Positions 12,246 through 26,418 of a stretch of 64,000 bases of DNA are shown here, in pieces. The stretch spans positions 5,146,001 to 5,210,000 of the forward strand of contig OZ059898.1 of NCBI GenBank assembly GCA_964057225.1, read 5' to 3'. The notes below the pieces were generated by a model. That model did no database searches. It had not been told where the DNA came from and saw only the letters and a program-made list of their open reading frames with translations. The position numbers and the translations under genes are program-made. This DNA is from Auanema rhodensis. Lineage: Eukaryota; Animalia; Nematoda. Each line of letters begins with the position of its first letter. The first letter of the stretch is position 1.

Positions 12246-15200
12246 AGGGTGTCAACTGGTACATCAGGTTTCTGAGATCAAACCCGATGTTTTCAATGAA
12301 TCATGAAACACCCCACAGATTTTTAGTTTCCTATTTTTTTATTGAATTTCATCTCCATATTCTTACTATTTTTCTTTATTTTTTTGATAAAAGCATTAGT
12401 CCCCAATGTTGTTGTTCGCAATTTCAAAAACTATAAAATACAAGTTGATACATACATAGTTTCAAGTCATGGTCATTAGCCTTTCCATTACTGTCCTTGT
12501 TTAGAAAATATCAGAGACAACAACGGCTAAATACATACATACTTCGAGAGACAGAGAGATAGTACATGTTTTCGATCGTAGTAAAGAAGTTAACGAAGAG
12601 ATTCGTAAGATATCTCCATAAACTATTAAACAATTAGAGAGATAGAGAGAAAAGAAAAAAAAGAAGAAATAAAAGTAGAAGAGACGGTGATGCAAAGAGT
12701 AAAAGAATTTGTAATGAATGTATAAGATGACCTGATTTTGACTGTCGCCTCTTTGGACATTGTTTCTTAGTAAAGTTGTGTAACTTATTTAATGGTGCCT
12801 GTGTCCTTAACTTAAGAGTTTGATTAGATATAATCAATAGTGTTTAGCATATACATACAGTATAGTAATATAATATATATATATTTATATATATAGTATA
12901 TATAGTATATATATGTATGTTTTCTCAGTCATTTATATGATATTGAAGAAGTTCATTATGAAAGCATCAATGAGACAGCATACCTATTAGCTGATTAGCA
13001 TAACATGCCAGACAAGACTAGCAACGTCTTTTGCAAAAATTAAAAGACTTCCTATTTACATTTCAAACAGATTCGATGAGCGGTTGTAAAAACGTATTAT
13101 CTCATTATCCCTGAAATTCTTTAGTCATTTTTCCAATTCTTGCAGCTGCCTTATTCTGTTTTCTTTTACATCATTTACTAGTAAAACATCTTGTCTTATC
13201 ATAACTTTGAATAAGTTCTATAAAATTGAAGAATTTATCAAATATGTTCTTCAAATAGAATATATGAAACGATTGAAATGCATTTGTAATGATCAAGCCT
13301 GTCAGCTTCACGTCGATTGTCATGTCATTCATCCATATGCGTGATGAACTTCAGAAGTACTTGATGAGCATCGTATCTAACCCTTTCTTTAGCAAAATCT
13401 TTATATTCAACATTCTCTAATATATAACTAGAAAAAAAACTAATATTTTATAAATATCTTTTATTATATTTAAACTATTTCTTGTTTATATTTTATTTGC
13501 AAACATTTCTTTAGTTTCATGCTTTTCTGATTGGCATCATCAGCAATTCCCTTTCTCTTCTTCAAGATATTCTTCCGATATAAATAATAATTTTTTCCCA
13601 GTATTACCTGGATAGCTAAAAAGAATCTTTATAGTCTTTCATTCTCATTAATGAAACTTGCGAAGAAATGAAGTTTTCGTTATCCAATTGTCTATTTCTT
13701 TTTTTCTCGGCCGCTTAAAATATCCAAAAGTAGAATAAAAGTCCGATACAACAGTCCGATAATATTGAGATTGAAAAAAACTAAATTATGATTTCTCACG
13801 ATTTGACATTTCTAATCAATGAAACATTTGTTAATTCAATACAATCTTAGTAGTGAAGTTGCAAAGATATTTGAACTGATTCTGTCAATTTTCTCATCTT
13901 TAAGTTCTAATACGAAGTTCATCTTATCATGAGGATTTGAAGAGATATTTAAAAGAGAGATGAAACTTCTGAGAAAGTTTCTTGGTTAGTTTCCAAAACT
14001 AATTTACCCATAATCGTACTTCGAAATTCCTCTGAAACAGTCAAATGGACCTAGGATATATTGGATCGAATTCCGAACTAATACTCGACTTACGAGTTTT
14101 TCTTCAATCCGACGACTTCTACCCGTTAAATCAGATAACATACCTTTTATGGACATACATAAGAACATATACCTGTTTAGCTTATTTCATTTTAATAATA
14201 AATGTCTAATCAAAATATATGTTGATAGTTGAAATCACAAGAATAATATCAGCATTGTAGCTAGTTGTGATAATCTTAATTCACAGCTCAATATCATCTT
14301 TACTCTATATACTCAATTATAATCTTTATTCTCGTACATATAAACTTACCTAATATCAATCATCTAATCTTGTATATCTTCTCTTATACCTCTATCACTT
14401 TCATATACATCTCATCTGTGAGAAATCATCAGTATAATCGGATATATCAATATGTATTGATATCTGCTTCAAGTTATCGCGCAACTTGACAGCTTTCTTC
14501 ATTTTATGCAATATCAGAGTTTCCGGTAAAAGGTCTAGAGAAGTAAAAGTTGCTCGAGGGCATGTATCGATCTATCTTATCTATATGCCTTACATCTCTA
14601 CTAGTCTGTAGTAATATAGGTGGAGAATATCTAAATATGGTATTAAATTCTGAACAAGACTTGAAACGTTAAAGTATGGGTGTTATCAGCTCAATTCAAT
14701 ACTTATATGGTTCCAATTCTCTTCATCTTATTCTCTGTCTATTTTCAATTCACATATTGAGTTTCCTCTTCCTAATACTTTACTATCACTTATCAGTTAT
14801 GTTCTGTATCTGTCTTTTCTCTTTTATTCTGTTATAGTTGTTGCTCAATCACCTCGGAGCACAATCATTATAAACCACTGGCTATTCTTAGCAGCTTTTT
14901 TCTTTTCTGACTCCTCACCTTTTCATTTTTTTTTATTTTTCTTCTTCCTTAAGTACATTCTGATTAGAATATCAAATGTTCAAAAAATATAATGTTATCT
15001 ATCTGAGTCATCCTTTATCCTACCATGTTTTCATTATCTTTCTCTCATGTTTCTCCGACTTCCCCTATCTATATTTCTCTAAGTCTCTCACTCTAAACCC
15101 ATATTTCTCTCTTTCCTCTATTCTTTCTTTTCCATAAGGTGAAGGTTTTATAATTTGAATGTATAAATAGCATAATAACAGACGATTTAACGACTTTCTG

Positions 15201-16415
15201 GATTAAACTAAATTTACAGTTGGGTCATCAGACTGTATATTCTTAAATATTTAGTTTAGTTAATTTCTCAATGGGTTAACTGAATTTACCCCATTCCTGT
15301 ATGAGGATAAACAAAAAAAACCTTTTTTCTTTTAAATGATGTACATCGTTTTGAAATCAAGATCTGAATATAAGATTCTAATGAACAAGCTGGTACGACG
15401 TCATTATTGGTGACATCATGAAAGATTATATTGAAGTTAACATACTATGTCAACGTTAAAACAATTTTGGTTGACATATCATACAACTCATAAAGTATAA
15501 ATGATTCTATCTTAATGTCTTTAACTGCTACTTTATCATTTGATATTTCCGTAACTGGTAAACTGAAATGGTAACTGCTTATCATTGAAAATGTTTAGTT
15601 ATGATGGCAATTCATCAAGCTTTCATGTTTCATTTCATAGCATGGTCTTATTCCTCTTCATTTGTCTTATCTTTCTAAACTATACGTATGAAAATGACGA
15701 AACATGTTGCCCATGTGGATGAAAACAGCTTCTGCATCAATGAAACTTTAGAGGATTCATCTTGATACAGAATAAAGATGAACTTGTGAAATGCTTAAGT
15801 TAGTTTAACTTGCAACTACTGTAAATACCTCTTTATCAGTTTAATTAGTCGGTCACCAGCGGAGATCGAGTTGAAGACCCGGTTTCGACCCAATTTCGCA
15901 CCATTTATGAACTTTTACACCTGTCTTCGCCCCAGAAGACGTGCTGGCCTACTTCTAGAAGATCGTCTTTTTCCGTCCTCCGTAAAAGGCATACACGTCA
16001 GACATTGTGGATATAAGAGAGATAGAATACATGAAGATGACACATGTTTCCGTTGAAACACACTGTACCAACAAGAGAGAGCTAGACAAGATAGAAGTTA
16101 CATTTGTTCGTCGGTCTGGAAAAGGAACAACAGAGCTAAGGAACCTGTCCACTTGACTGTTTCTAGAGGAAGACACAACGATACATAGAACAAGCAAAAG
16201 TGAGAGAGACACCTGGTTAGTAAAACAGAGAGAGAATGCCCCCTCAGGACATTAGGATAACCTTTTACGGGATACTGGAATCCTGTTCAACTATCTCTAG
16301 TTTAAATCCTACACATCGGTCATCATACGTACTACTTCACTTTTGCTTCTTCTTCGTCATTTTGATTATTTTCTTTTTCTTTTTCTGCTAGCTTACGTCT
16401 TATCTCACTTTCTTT

Positions 16416-16419
<4 letters not shown>

Positions 16420-16447
<28 letters not shown>
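16420..16447. repeat. (CT)n microsatellite
   Basis: Perfect CT dinucleotide run. Confidence 0.9.
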
Positions 16448-16450
<3 letters not shown>

Positions 16451-16639
16451 AAACTTATTCTCCTATTTTCTCTTAATATCTCTCTCAGTTTTCTTACTAT
16501 CCCTCGCTTTATCTTTCTCATCATCGTCTCTAATTCACCATATGAGTCTACTTGAGTTTTTCACCTCTACATAGATAAAGTTCCGGATTGAAATTTTTTG
16601 TTACATTCTGCAAAATCAGTAAACTTAGAGTTCTAATTG

Positions 16640-16643
<4 letters not shown>

Positions 16644-16676
<33 letters not shown>
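16644..16676. repeat. (AT)n microsatellite
   Basis: Perfect AT dinucleotide run. Confidence 0.9.
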
Positions 16677-16681
<5 letters not shown>

Positions 16682-19141
16682 TATTATATATATATAATAA
16701 AATTATTATTTAAAATAATAATTTATGAATAGAAAAAGAAACCTATAGATAGATATAAGTCTGATCTCAATTATCTTTGCATATACTTCTCCTTCTCTAT
16801 TCATAAACAAACAAATCTCAATAGTTTGCGTATACCAGTAGTAAGTTGTTAAGTTTCTTTCATCATTTACTTCCTCTATCATTATATCCCAATTATGGAC
16901 TATTTCAAATTTAATATTATTTTAACAAAAATAGATCATCTTATTTATTAATAAGAATTATTTTTATTCTTCAAGTTTTTCATCTATTTTAGCATTTTCT
17001 TTCTCCTTTTTTATTATTATTTTATTATCTTATTCATATTAATAATATATTATCATTTTTGGTCACATTTTTCAACATTCATAATACCTAAGTATTCTGG
17101 TATGATTACTTCATTTTCTGATATTAGTCTTTGATACTCTGATAATTCTGATAATTAATGATATAGTATGTATATCTATCTGTAATCATTTACCTGTTTC
17201 ATGATTCACTTCAAAAATCATTTATCACGAAAAACAAGAAAAAGTTTATTTTTTTTTATAAAAAAAAAAGTTTCGGTGATAATTCATTATAGTTCTTATA
17301 TTCTTTTAAAGATATTTTAGACTTTTAAAGATTTCTTAGAAGATGAACGTTATAAGTTAAAATAAAATAAATTATTTGACTGTCTAGAATCATTTTGCAA
17401 AGTTTAATTTTATATTTTCCGATCTTCCCTAGTTACTATCAAAAGCTTCATATACTATGTGTAAAGTTCGACTCAATCACAAATTACTAGATTGAAATTA
17501 TTTCTTTCCTTATCATTTAAATTGTGCTTTCTCTCTCTCTCTCTTCTCTCATTAGTTGTGTTATAGCTTTCAAGATAGTTTACAAGTTGCTAGTAACAGA
17601 AGAACCAAGAGCTCATAATACATAATATTCAGCTTCTAGTTCATAATCATTTTCTTATCTAAACCAACGATATATTTATTCCTAATGGTCTTTTGGTTTC
17701 AGATGAATAGATTCACCAGTCAAGTAATGTAAACTTTTGTAGAATTAATTGAATGAAAATGGGAGAGAGGGACGGGAGAAATGAATGACGAATTGATGAA
17801 GATGAAATAGTAAAAGGTATCGAGAACATAGTTAATGTCAATGAATGAGAGCTTGAAGACAGTTAGAGATGTATACATGTGTTGTATCAAAAGGAGAGAG
17901 ATAAAAAGTGATAGAGAGAAAGAAGGAGGGAAAGAGAAAGCGAGGGAGGGTATGAGACCGGTAGAACGTTGAGAAGTAGTTCGGGATGGCTAAAGATGAT
18001 GGAAGGATGAATGAGAGAACAGAATGAGAGTACTTCTTAAAGATTCGTCTAATCTACGAATAGAATCACTTAATAGTTTAAAAAAGGTTACAAACGATAT
18101 ATCAGATGAAATAAAAATGTTAGGAAAAACGAAAAGGAATAAGTATTAACCTTCAGGTTCACTAAGTTTGTTTCAGATTTGTATAACATAATCTTGAAAA
18201 GAAAAGAAACAGAGCAATATAGTGAGATGATATGTCTACACTGCTGCACCAATTTGAGCATCTTTTTCATCTTGACCTTTCATATATTCCGCCATCTATG
18301 TGTTTGTCTTTCATTTTGCCTTTGATCCACTTAATGATGATATTGATGTTGGTGATGACGAGGTTGATGTTGATGGTATTGCTAACTATCAATTAAATAT
18401 CCATCCTTAAACCATCATTCAATAATTTATCTCTGAAATACAGTATTACATCTTCTCAATGAACAATTTTTATTTTTATATTTTGTGAGCTTTTACTTTT
18501 TTTTTATTGATCCTTTATTACTTATCAAAATTACATATATTATGCATTTTATAATATATATATATTTATATGAAAGGAAGCACAGAAACAAGAAACTCTT
18601 TGTATGATCTTCTTGAATCTACTTAGAAGATTTCATGATCGATAATCAGATCGTGCGAGTTTCTCAACTCATTTTATTTCTTTATCTCTCTATCCTGTAG
18701 TATTTCTCTCACATTTACTCGCTCATTATTTTACTCTGTTCATCTTTAATTCCTAATTATCTCTTTCTAAATGTCCTTTCTAGTCTTAAACGCCCCTCTC
18801 TTCCTCGTTTTCTCTCTCTTCTCTGTAAAGCTTTTTCTCTTATATATCCGAACTGTTTTTACGTATTCGCGTACTGTATTCATCTAAATATGGTCAGAAT
18901 GATGAATACAAGTTTTTGTCTTCCTTATATACACATTCAATACGGTATCGGAGTGCATAAGAGATATTATATATACGTTGACATACAGTTTCATATCAAT
19001 TATCAAATGAAATAGAAGAAACTTTGAAAACTCTGAAAAATAAAATCTTGTACTTGACACCATAAGTCATTTCGAAAGTAATTTTAATATCAAAGCCAGT
19101 TCAGCTTATCATCAGCTGGTTGTAAGCGCGATTAATGTATA

Positions 19142-19158
19142 TCACGTGAAACACGTGA
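19142..19158. promoter_or_regulatory. Paired CACGTG E-boxes
   Basis: TCACGTGAAACACGTGA, with two boxes 9 nt apart. Function is inferred only. Confidence 0.4.
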
Positions 19159-22100
19159 AAACTTTTCATTTTTAGTTTTGACGACGATGTGATTATATGA
19201 CATGAAATCACACATTGAATTTTCTCTTTTTTTTGTTCTCTAATTAATCTTGATTCTGGGCTTTCTATTTATTTTTTATGTTCTAATGTTCTTTAATTTT
19301 CTTTTCGTTTTCGTAGTTGTACTGAATTGTCCTTATTTTTCTTCTTTTTGCAGATCAAGTTCGAGATATCCATAGATTATACTTGTCTAAGATAAAACAA
19401 GTCATCATCCTTTCCTCGAAAATTGGCTTTGTTTTGGTCCTGATACGAATTTCAGTTTTTGTCTAACAGCGAGTCAACCGGATAGTACTTTTCTCCGATC
19501 ATTGACCATTTTTCTTCTATTATTCTGGTCTTATATATGGAACAGAACAGTTACTGTTGAAATATGTTTGAGAGAATTGTATGGAACGGAAGATGTATTA
19601 CATGATTTCAAATATTTTGTTTCAATCAGTTTGAACAATTTGTATACTGAGGTGATCGATTTATATAAGAGCTGGTAGTTTATGTAATGATTCTAACAAG
19701 CTATGTGTGTTGTATGTGTTTCAGTTCACTAGTAGAACAACATCACTTTTTTGAAACTTAACTATAAGTATATTAGTTAGTATATTAATTGAGTTTTGAA
19801 ATATATTTTTAAACTAAACGTTTAGAAATATTGACCAATGCCTACTATTCTAGCTGGTTTTGATTGTTCTTTCATTGCATTTTCCATAATATTAAATGAA
19901 TTAAATCAAAGAGGATGGGTTAGAATCAGGGGATTGTTTCTATACTTTTCCTAATTTCTCCTGAACTATCATCGTATCTTGCTTGTACTCTCTCACGCAA
20001 TCCTTTTCTCTTTATGTTAGTCATTTCATAATTTCAACCTTTCAATTCGAAAAGATCATATCTATCTCCGCATATACATATACATTTGAAAATCTTCAGC
20101 TATCCTCTTGTCCTTTTATCCCAGGTTCGTCTCGAGACGATAGACAACTAAAAGTCATTTTGGTTACATCAGCAAGATATAACCTATGAATAAAGAATAG
20201 ATATTAGAACTGGAGAAACAGGTGAAGAGGTTGAGATAGAAGATAGGCACGGAAGAGGGGAAGACAATTTGAATTGGGTTAACCTACTCCCGAATAGTTA
20301 TCTCATTTGCTGTCTCGTTCGTCAACGTTCACTTTGTTCTTCCACCGTAAGAGAGAAGGGGATGGTAAATTGACAAAGAGAAACAGATAAAAAGAAATAG
20401 GCGTATGATGTATGTTAAGGTGTAGAGAGTTTCAAGATATAAAGATATATCTTGAGACAACATGAAACCCTTTAGGGTAGGCAGAAGAAGACAGATGCGT
20501 AGGATGAAACGAGAAGTAGTGGTTTGACGAGAGAAAGAGGATGCAGATGTGAAGAAACGTTGTTTGACGATGGCGAAGATAGCTGATGGGGTTGGAAGGT
20601 AGACGAATGGAGCGAGCGCTCGGCGGGTAGAAGATCGAATAGAGGCAGTAAGAACAACGATGTGGACGATGACCGCTTTTGGTCAATTTACTTGACACAT
20701 CACCTACATTTGTTTCTTGTAGCCCGTGTCTTGTCCGATTAGACATGTTGGCTTGTTGAACTTTAAGTTAATTCTATTCAATTTCTTCTTTTCAATTAAC
20801 ATTTTAACATTCAACTGAATGGTATATAACATTTTTATACTAAACATATAGTAATGTTTTTTTTTGTAACATTTTTCTTGTAAATATTCTATAGATATCA
20901 TCTATTGAAACTTTAATTTTACTTTACCTTGACTTATTTAGACTAAAATTCGTTGGAAACTTTTACCATCATGACCTTAACAAGGTAGTGCAAAACTGTA
21001 TGTTTCTGCAAAGACCATCCTTATCTGGTTTTCTGATTGTTCTTCAACATGATCTTTCATTTTACATATTACTATGTGTATATTATATACATATTCATTA
21101 AGAAGTTATGTATATAGTCTGATATTACATTGATATTAATGTAATTGAAATGGAAATGTTTCATTTAAACTAATTATCCTATTAATGCTACCCGAAATGA
21201 TATATGTAGTATATATAAACAGTTTGAGAAACAGTTTGATAATAGCTATTCGACGTCTTCATCAAGACACAACCTCTAGTCGACCCATTTATCCAAATAT
21301 GAGTAGCTTCGCCTCTTTTTCTCTCTCTCTCTTTCTCTCTTTCTCTTCCTTTTTATCTTTCTATCTTTCTTCCTCTCTCTCTTTCTATTTCTCTAGTTAT
21401 TTCGTTATCTTTCTTTTATTCTTATTGTCTTTCAAATTATCGTTGACTATTCAAACCTGAGAGATGACCAAAAGACATACGTTCGCTACTTTATGAAACT
21501 TACGCTGTGTCAATGAACCTGTTCCTCTCTCCTCTTCCCTTCTATTCCACCTTTTCTCTCTTTTACACTCTCTTGCATGCCCTCCGGCGATAATTGAATT
21601 TACTAGACTACCGTATTCTAATCGAGAACATAACTGATTAGTCTTAACTATGCGTAGTTGTTTCTATTCGTTGACTGAGGTGCGTAGTTCACTAAGACTA
21701 ATACAAATGATCTTCATGAGCTATCAAGGAAGCCATCTAGTATTATCGTTTCTTTTATAGTTAATAAGTATTTCTTTTGTATTTAAGAACTGACTTTTTC
21801 GTTTTTCTTTTTTTTGTGTGTCCGTGACATACAATCATACGTAAAGTCTATATATGACCTTTATCATGAACTTCTCGAGAAACGAAAAGTTTCTTTTATC
21901 TTCTTTGTCTATTTTACTATTTTTTCTTAATAATAACTTTATTTTCAAATGAATATTTTTTTTTTTGAAAAAAAAAACAACAAGAAGGTTGTTTCATAGT
22001 GTTTAGATTAGTCTTTAACCGAAAGTTGATCTCGTCAAGCTGATATCAATCTCTATACGAAAATTCTTCTGATAACTCATCTTCGAATAAATTTTCGAAC

Positions 22101-25100
22101 AATGTCCTTGGCGCATTTCCAGAAGTCATTACTACTCTCTTTGATTGTATAGTACTCTCTCGAAATCATATAGTATTTCTATTCTGCTCCTGGTACAACT
22201 AGTAGTGATTCTCTTAGAGTACATGTTACAACGAAACAATGACGACGATGATGAAGATGGTTGAAGATGGCTACGACATCACCATCGTTGACCATCGCCA
22301 ACATCTATTCTTTATCATATTTAATTCAACATTTCGCTATTATAAAGTAGAATAGGTTTTGAATAGTTAATTAAGTAAATTCAACATTGATTTAACATGA
22401 TGTTTCTTATATTTCTACGAAATGCAGTCATATGGTTTTGATTCGAATTTTCGAACAGAATGTCCGTCTTTTCAAAGAGTTGTATTGTTATTTCAAAAGT
22501 TTCTTTACTATTTTCTTTTCTTTTAACTTTATCTTTGCAAATAGTTTCAACCGATAATATGTTCTCGAGTTTTTCTTTTTCAACAACTTTGAATTAAAGC
22601 TTGAAAAGAGAAAGAGCGAGGTGCACAAACTATTACAATACAATTTTATTATACATATAGTTAAGAAGTATTATCTAAGAATTATGTAAAAATCACTTTT
22701 AATCTATTTAAATGACACGGCTGTTCTCGATTAGTAACACAAATTAAAAATTTCAGTTGTTAGCTCTCCTGAGTGATCAGTCTGAATATACTCTCTGAAC
22801 TTTGTAATCAATCTAACCATCATCTTCAACATTCGTTTTCATTTTTGCAGTTTTTCAACAATAAATATAATTCCATATGTTATATACTATATCTCTATAT
22901 ATGATAAATATAATATAATTTGGATATTTGACTGACTAACTCGCAATCTCATCAACCTTTTGAGATATAATACAACCTCTTTTCATAGTTGTGTATCTGC
23001 GTGTGTATGTGAATGTGTATCTCTCTTTATATCTCTATCTTTCTTTCTTTTTCTCTCTAAGAAACTATGAAACTGCTGTTAGGCTTAAAGAGAGTCTCAT
23101 TCAGCTCATGCTGTAATACTACTGATCAGTCTGTCTGCTCATTTCTCTCATTTAAATCTTTCTCTTCTTCCAGTCTTTAAGAGAGGATGAGAGCAATATC
23201 TAACTGACCAATACCACCGCGATGTACTAGTCGATGTCATAGCTGTTAGGGATAGATAGCCATTTGACTTTCTCACTTTCCTATATTTCTTTTTTCTTTT
23301 AAAATTCTATTTTGCTTCTTAGTTCTCGTCTTTCTATGATTGTTAAAACTTTCTATTAAACCTTTAACCTTATATAAATTACTTTATATCTTTTTACACA
23401 ATATCTTATTCATATATTACCTCTTATCTAATTGGTTAATCTTGGTTAATTCCCTCATAACAAACATGAGAAGAAGAACTTTTTTTGACACATTAACGTT
23501 TTTGTCGGGAAAGGTCATGTACCTAAAGAATAAGCAAAATTTGAATTATATTCTTTTTTTTTTGTGAACTTTTGTCTTGCTCTCTAGCACCATCTGTTTT
23601 CAAACAGTTTTTTTCTCTCTTCATCTCATATTGTCGCACTGACTGTATCATTCAATTAAGAATTATACTGACAGCAGAATAGTTAAATAATATTTTAAAA
23701 ATTATATATTATATTAATTATTTTCATAAAAATATGATATAATTATATATATGTTATATGTATGTATAATATATATACATTACAAGTCAAGTTTCTTGTT
23801 AATTTAGTTTCCCAACCTTTGTTTTATTTGAAAAGTAACTCAAATATTATTGAATACACGATTGTAATGGTCAAGGAAAAGCCAGTTATAGAAATCCGAT
23901 ACAAGTCCTTATATTGTTTCTTCTTCATTCGCCGTTCACGTCTCTCGTTGGTTTTGGTCATCATCTTCTGTTGCAAACTAACTTCTCATCGTATTCAAAC
24001 GATTACCTTCTTCAACATTTTCTTTATTTTCAATCATTCATTTTCATTTACTATTGTTGATGTCACACTCTTCTTCTTTAAAATGACTGGAAAATTCTAT
24101 TTAATAATAGAGATGTGAATACTTAAAAGCTGAATGACATGACATACATATAAGATATGTCAAAATCTTTTTTCAAATTCTAAATATATTTAGATTTAGA
24201 TAAGGTACTTATATATAAAAAAGTTTTCTTATATACATACGCATATCTAACATATCATATATTATATCAATAGTATAGTTAGTATAATCTATATAATACT
24301 GTTATTTATTATTGTTAAGACAATGAAACAAAAGAAGAAAAGTAATTGATACTTCGTCATGCTCTGTACCAGATACATGGTTCACTAGGTACATCGCTTT
24401 ATGATGGTAACCTAGATTAGTCGGATCTTGTCTCCTTGTTTTCTCCAGAAATACGGAGAGAAAGATAGAGGGAGAGAGAGAACTAGTGAGAGAGACAAGG
24501 ACTACATCACATGCCTTCTCCTGATAGCACACCATCATCATCATCATCATCCAACTCTAAGAGAATGCAGTCTCTGCTACGACTTTTGAACTTTTCATTT
24601 CTTGCAGTTGCCACCTGTCACTGCCTCCGAAGTTTGAAGCGTGCTTAGACTAGTGTTGGTTGTCCTATTCAGAGAAACAATATCAACAAGCCATTGTCTA
24701 AACGTTCATGTGTACTATCTGGAAACTTTAAGAAATTGCCATTAACGTTAACTAGATGGATATAGTTGATATTGTAGTTATTGTCTCACAAAGTCTTTTT
24801 CATCATTATCGTCGTCTTCTTCATGTTGTTGCTATCCGACAGTCTGTTACTCCTCGATGTTGTGTCCGCATCTGACCTTTCATCTTCTTTTGCATATCGT
24901 TAATATATATAAGATATATCTGGTACATCTATCTTTCGTTTCTTTACTCTTCTTCTTCTTCTTCGTTGTGGTCGTCTTCTTTTTCTGTATGTCTATAACT
25001 ATACCATCGAAAATATATATTTACTATATTTGCAATTTTGTCATAACTATTTATTACTTTTTCTTAATATATTCTATTTTCTAGATCACCTTATATCATA

Positions 25101-26403
25101 TTTCATTTATCAAGTTAATTATATGATATAGTTAGTTTTAACTATAATATTAAGTTAGTATATATATATATAATTTACTTTCCTTTCATATACAACATTT
25201 CACAATATTTTCCGTTTATTTTAATTTTAATTACAAGTACAATAGGCTACGTTCATCAGCTTTCCATATCAAATTACTTGTCCGTCCAACGAGTTACAGT
25301 CAGTTGCATTCTGTTTCAATTTTTCTAAACAAGTATCAGATTGTCTCTTCAATACAACGAATGAATAGATATTTTTCTGTTTTATTCTTTTTGAATCAGT
25401 TTGTCGACTCCGTTTTCGAAGACTAAAAGTTATTAGAGTTCACTTTATACACATACATCTTGCTATTCTTCTATTCATCATTCCTCTAACCCCTCCCTCT
25501 ACCTCACTTACTATCTCTTTTTCATATTTTTTAATCGAAAAACCTCGTACTGTTCTTGAACATCTTTGTGCTGTCCTGAGGTCATACTCTCATAACTGTT
25601 GCTCAATCCAGTCTTCTCGCGACTGTCTCCTGGTTTTCTCTTATCATCATATCTATTTCTCTTATATCTGCCTTGTCTTTCTATCTGATTTATTTCTCTA
25701 TGTGTCGCTCTCTGTCTCATGTTTACTTTACTTTGTTTACTTTTTAGCGTTATTTATAGTTGATCAGTCTCGGGTTTTTGTTTACTTTTTTGTACAATTG
25801 CAGGACTTGCAGGACACTGTCCACCTGAGCTCAAACTGATTCTCGCTCGTATGTTCATCTATCTGCTCTCTCATGTTTTTCCATCATCACTAGGAATTTA
25901 AAGCCTATTCAATGATTTTCGAACTGTCATCAGCTGGACAACTATCGTCTGACTCTTCTCATTCACTTATAAAACCCTTTTAAGGATTCAGGGAGCCAGA
26001 ATTGGCGAAAGTTGAAAAGACAAAATGAACGTAAGAGAGAATATTTGAAACAGACAGAAATTGAAAGATTGAATAGAAAAGAATGATTGGTTGACATACT
26101 ACCTGAGTCTAGCTAGTTTCAACTGAGCATAGTACAGTTTGAAACAATCAACAAGAAGAATTGGCTTGATCTTATTCCCTGCGGCTATTGAGATCATTTG
26201 ATCATTATCACCAGTATTCTTGATTTACTTTATATCCCCCGAATTCTCCCATATCTATCTCTCTTACCTTAAACTTGACGATTTCAAGTGTTTCTTCACG
26301 TATACTCCTCATCTCTATCAAAATGTACTAAAACTAGTTGAATAGATTAGCGGCCCAGTCACAAAATGTTTCGTAAGTTGACTAAGCAAGTCAATACAAG
26401 TAA

Positions 26404-26418
26404 ATGCCCTCAGGGCAT
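26404..26418. promoter_or_regulatory. AP-2 (TFAP2)-like palindromic site
   Basis: ATGCCCTCAGGGCAT is a 7+1+7 palindrome matching the GCC(C)TNAGG(G)C family of AP-2 sites. A related GCCCTGAGGC is at 27553-27562. Confidence 0.35.

Noticed and set aside
18325-18410. Acidic peptide-like stretch (DDIDVGDDEVDVDG)
   Set aside because: It looks like a decayed GAT/GTT trinucleotide repeat, with no convincing splice sites or partner exons.
23586-23597. TAGCACCATCTG matching the 5' end of miR-29 family miRNAs
   Set aside because: There is no complementary arm nearby and the 3' half does not match.
26189-26210. TGAGATCATTTG resembling the bantam/miR-80 family
   Set aside because: The match is limited to the seed region and there is no precursor hairpin.
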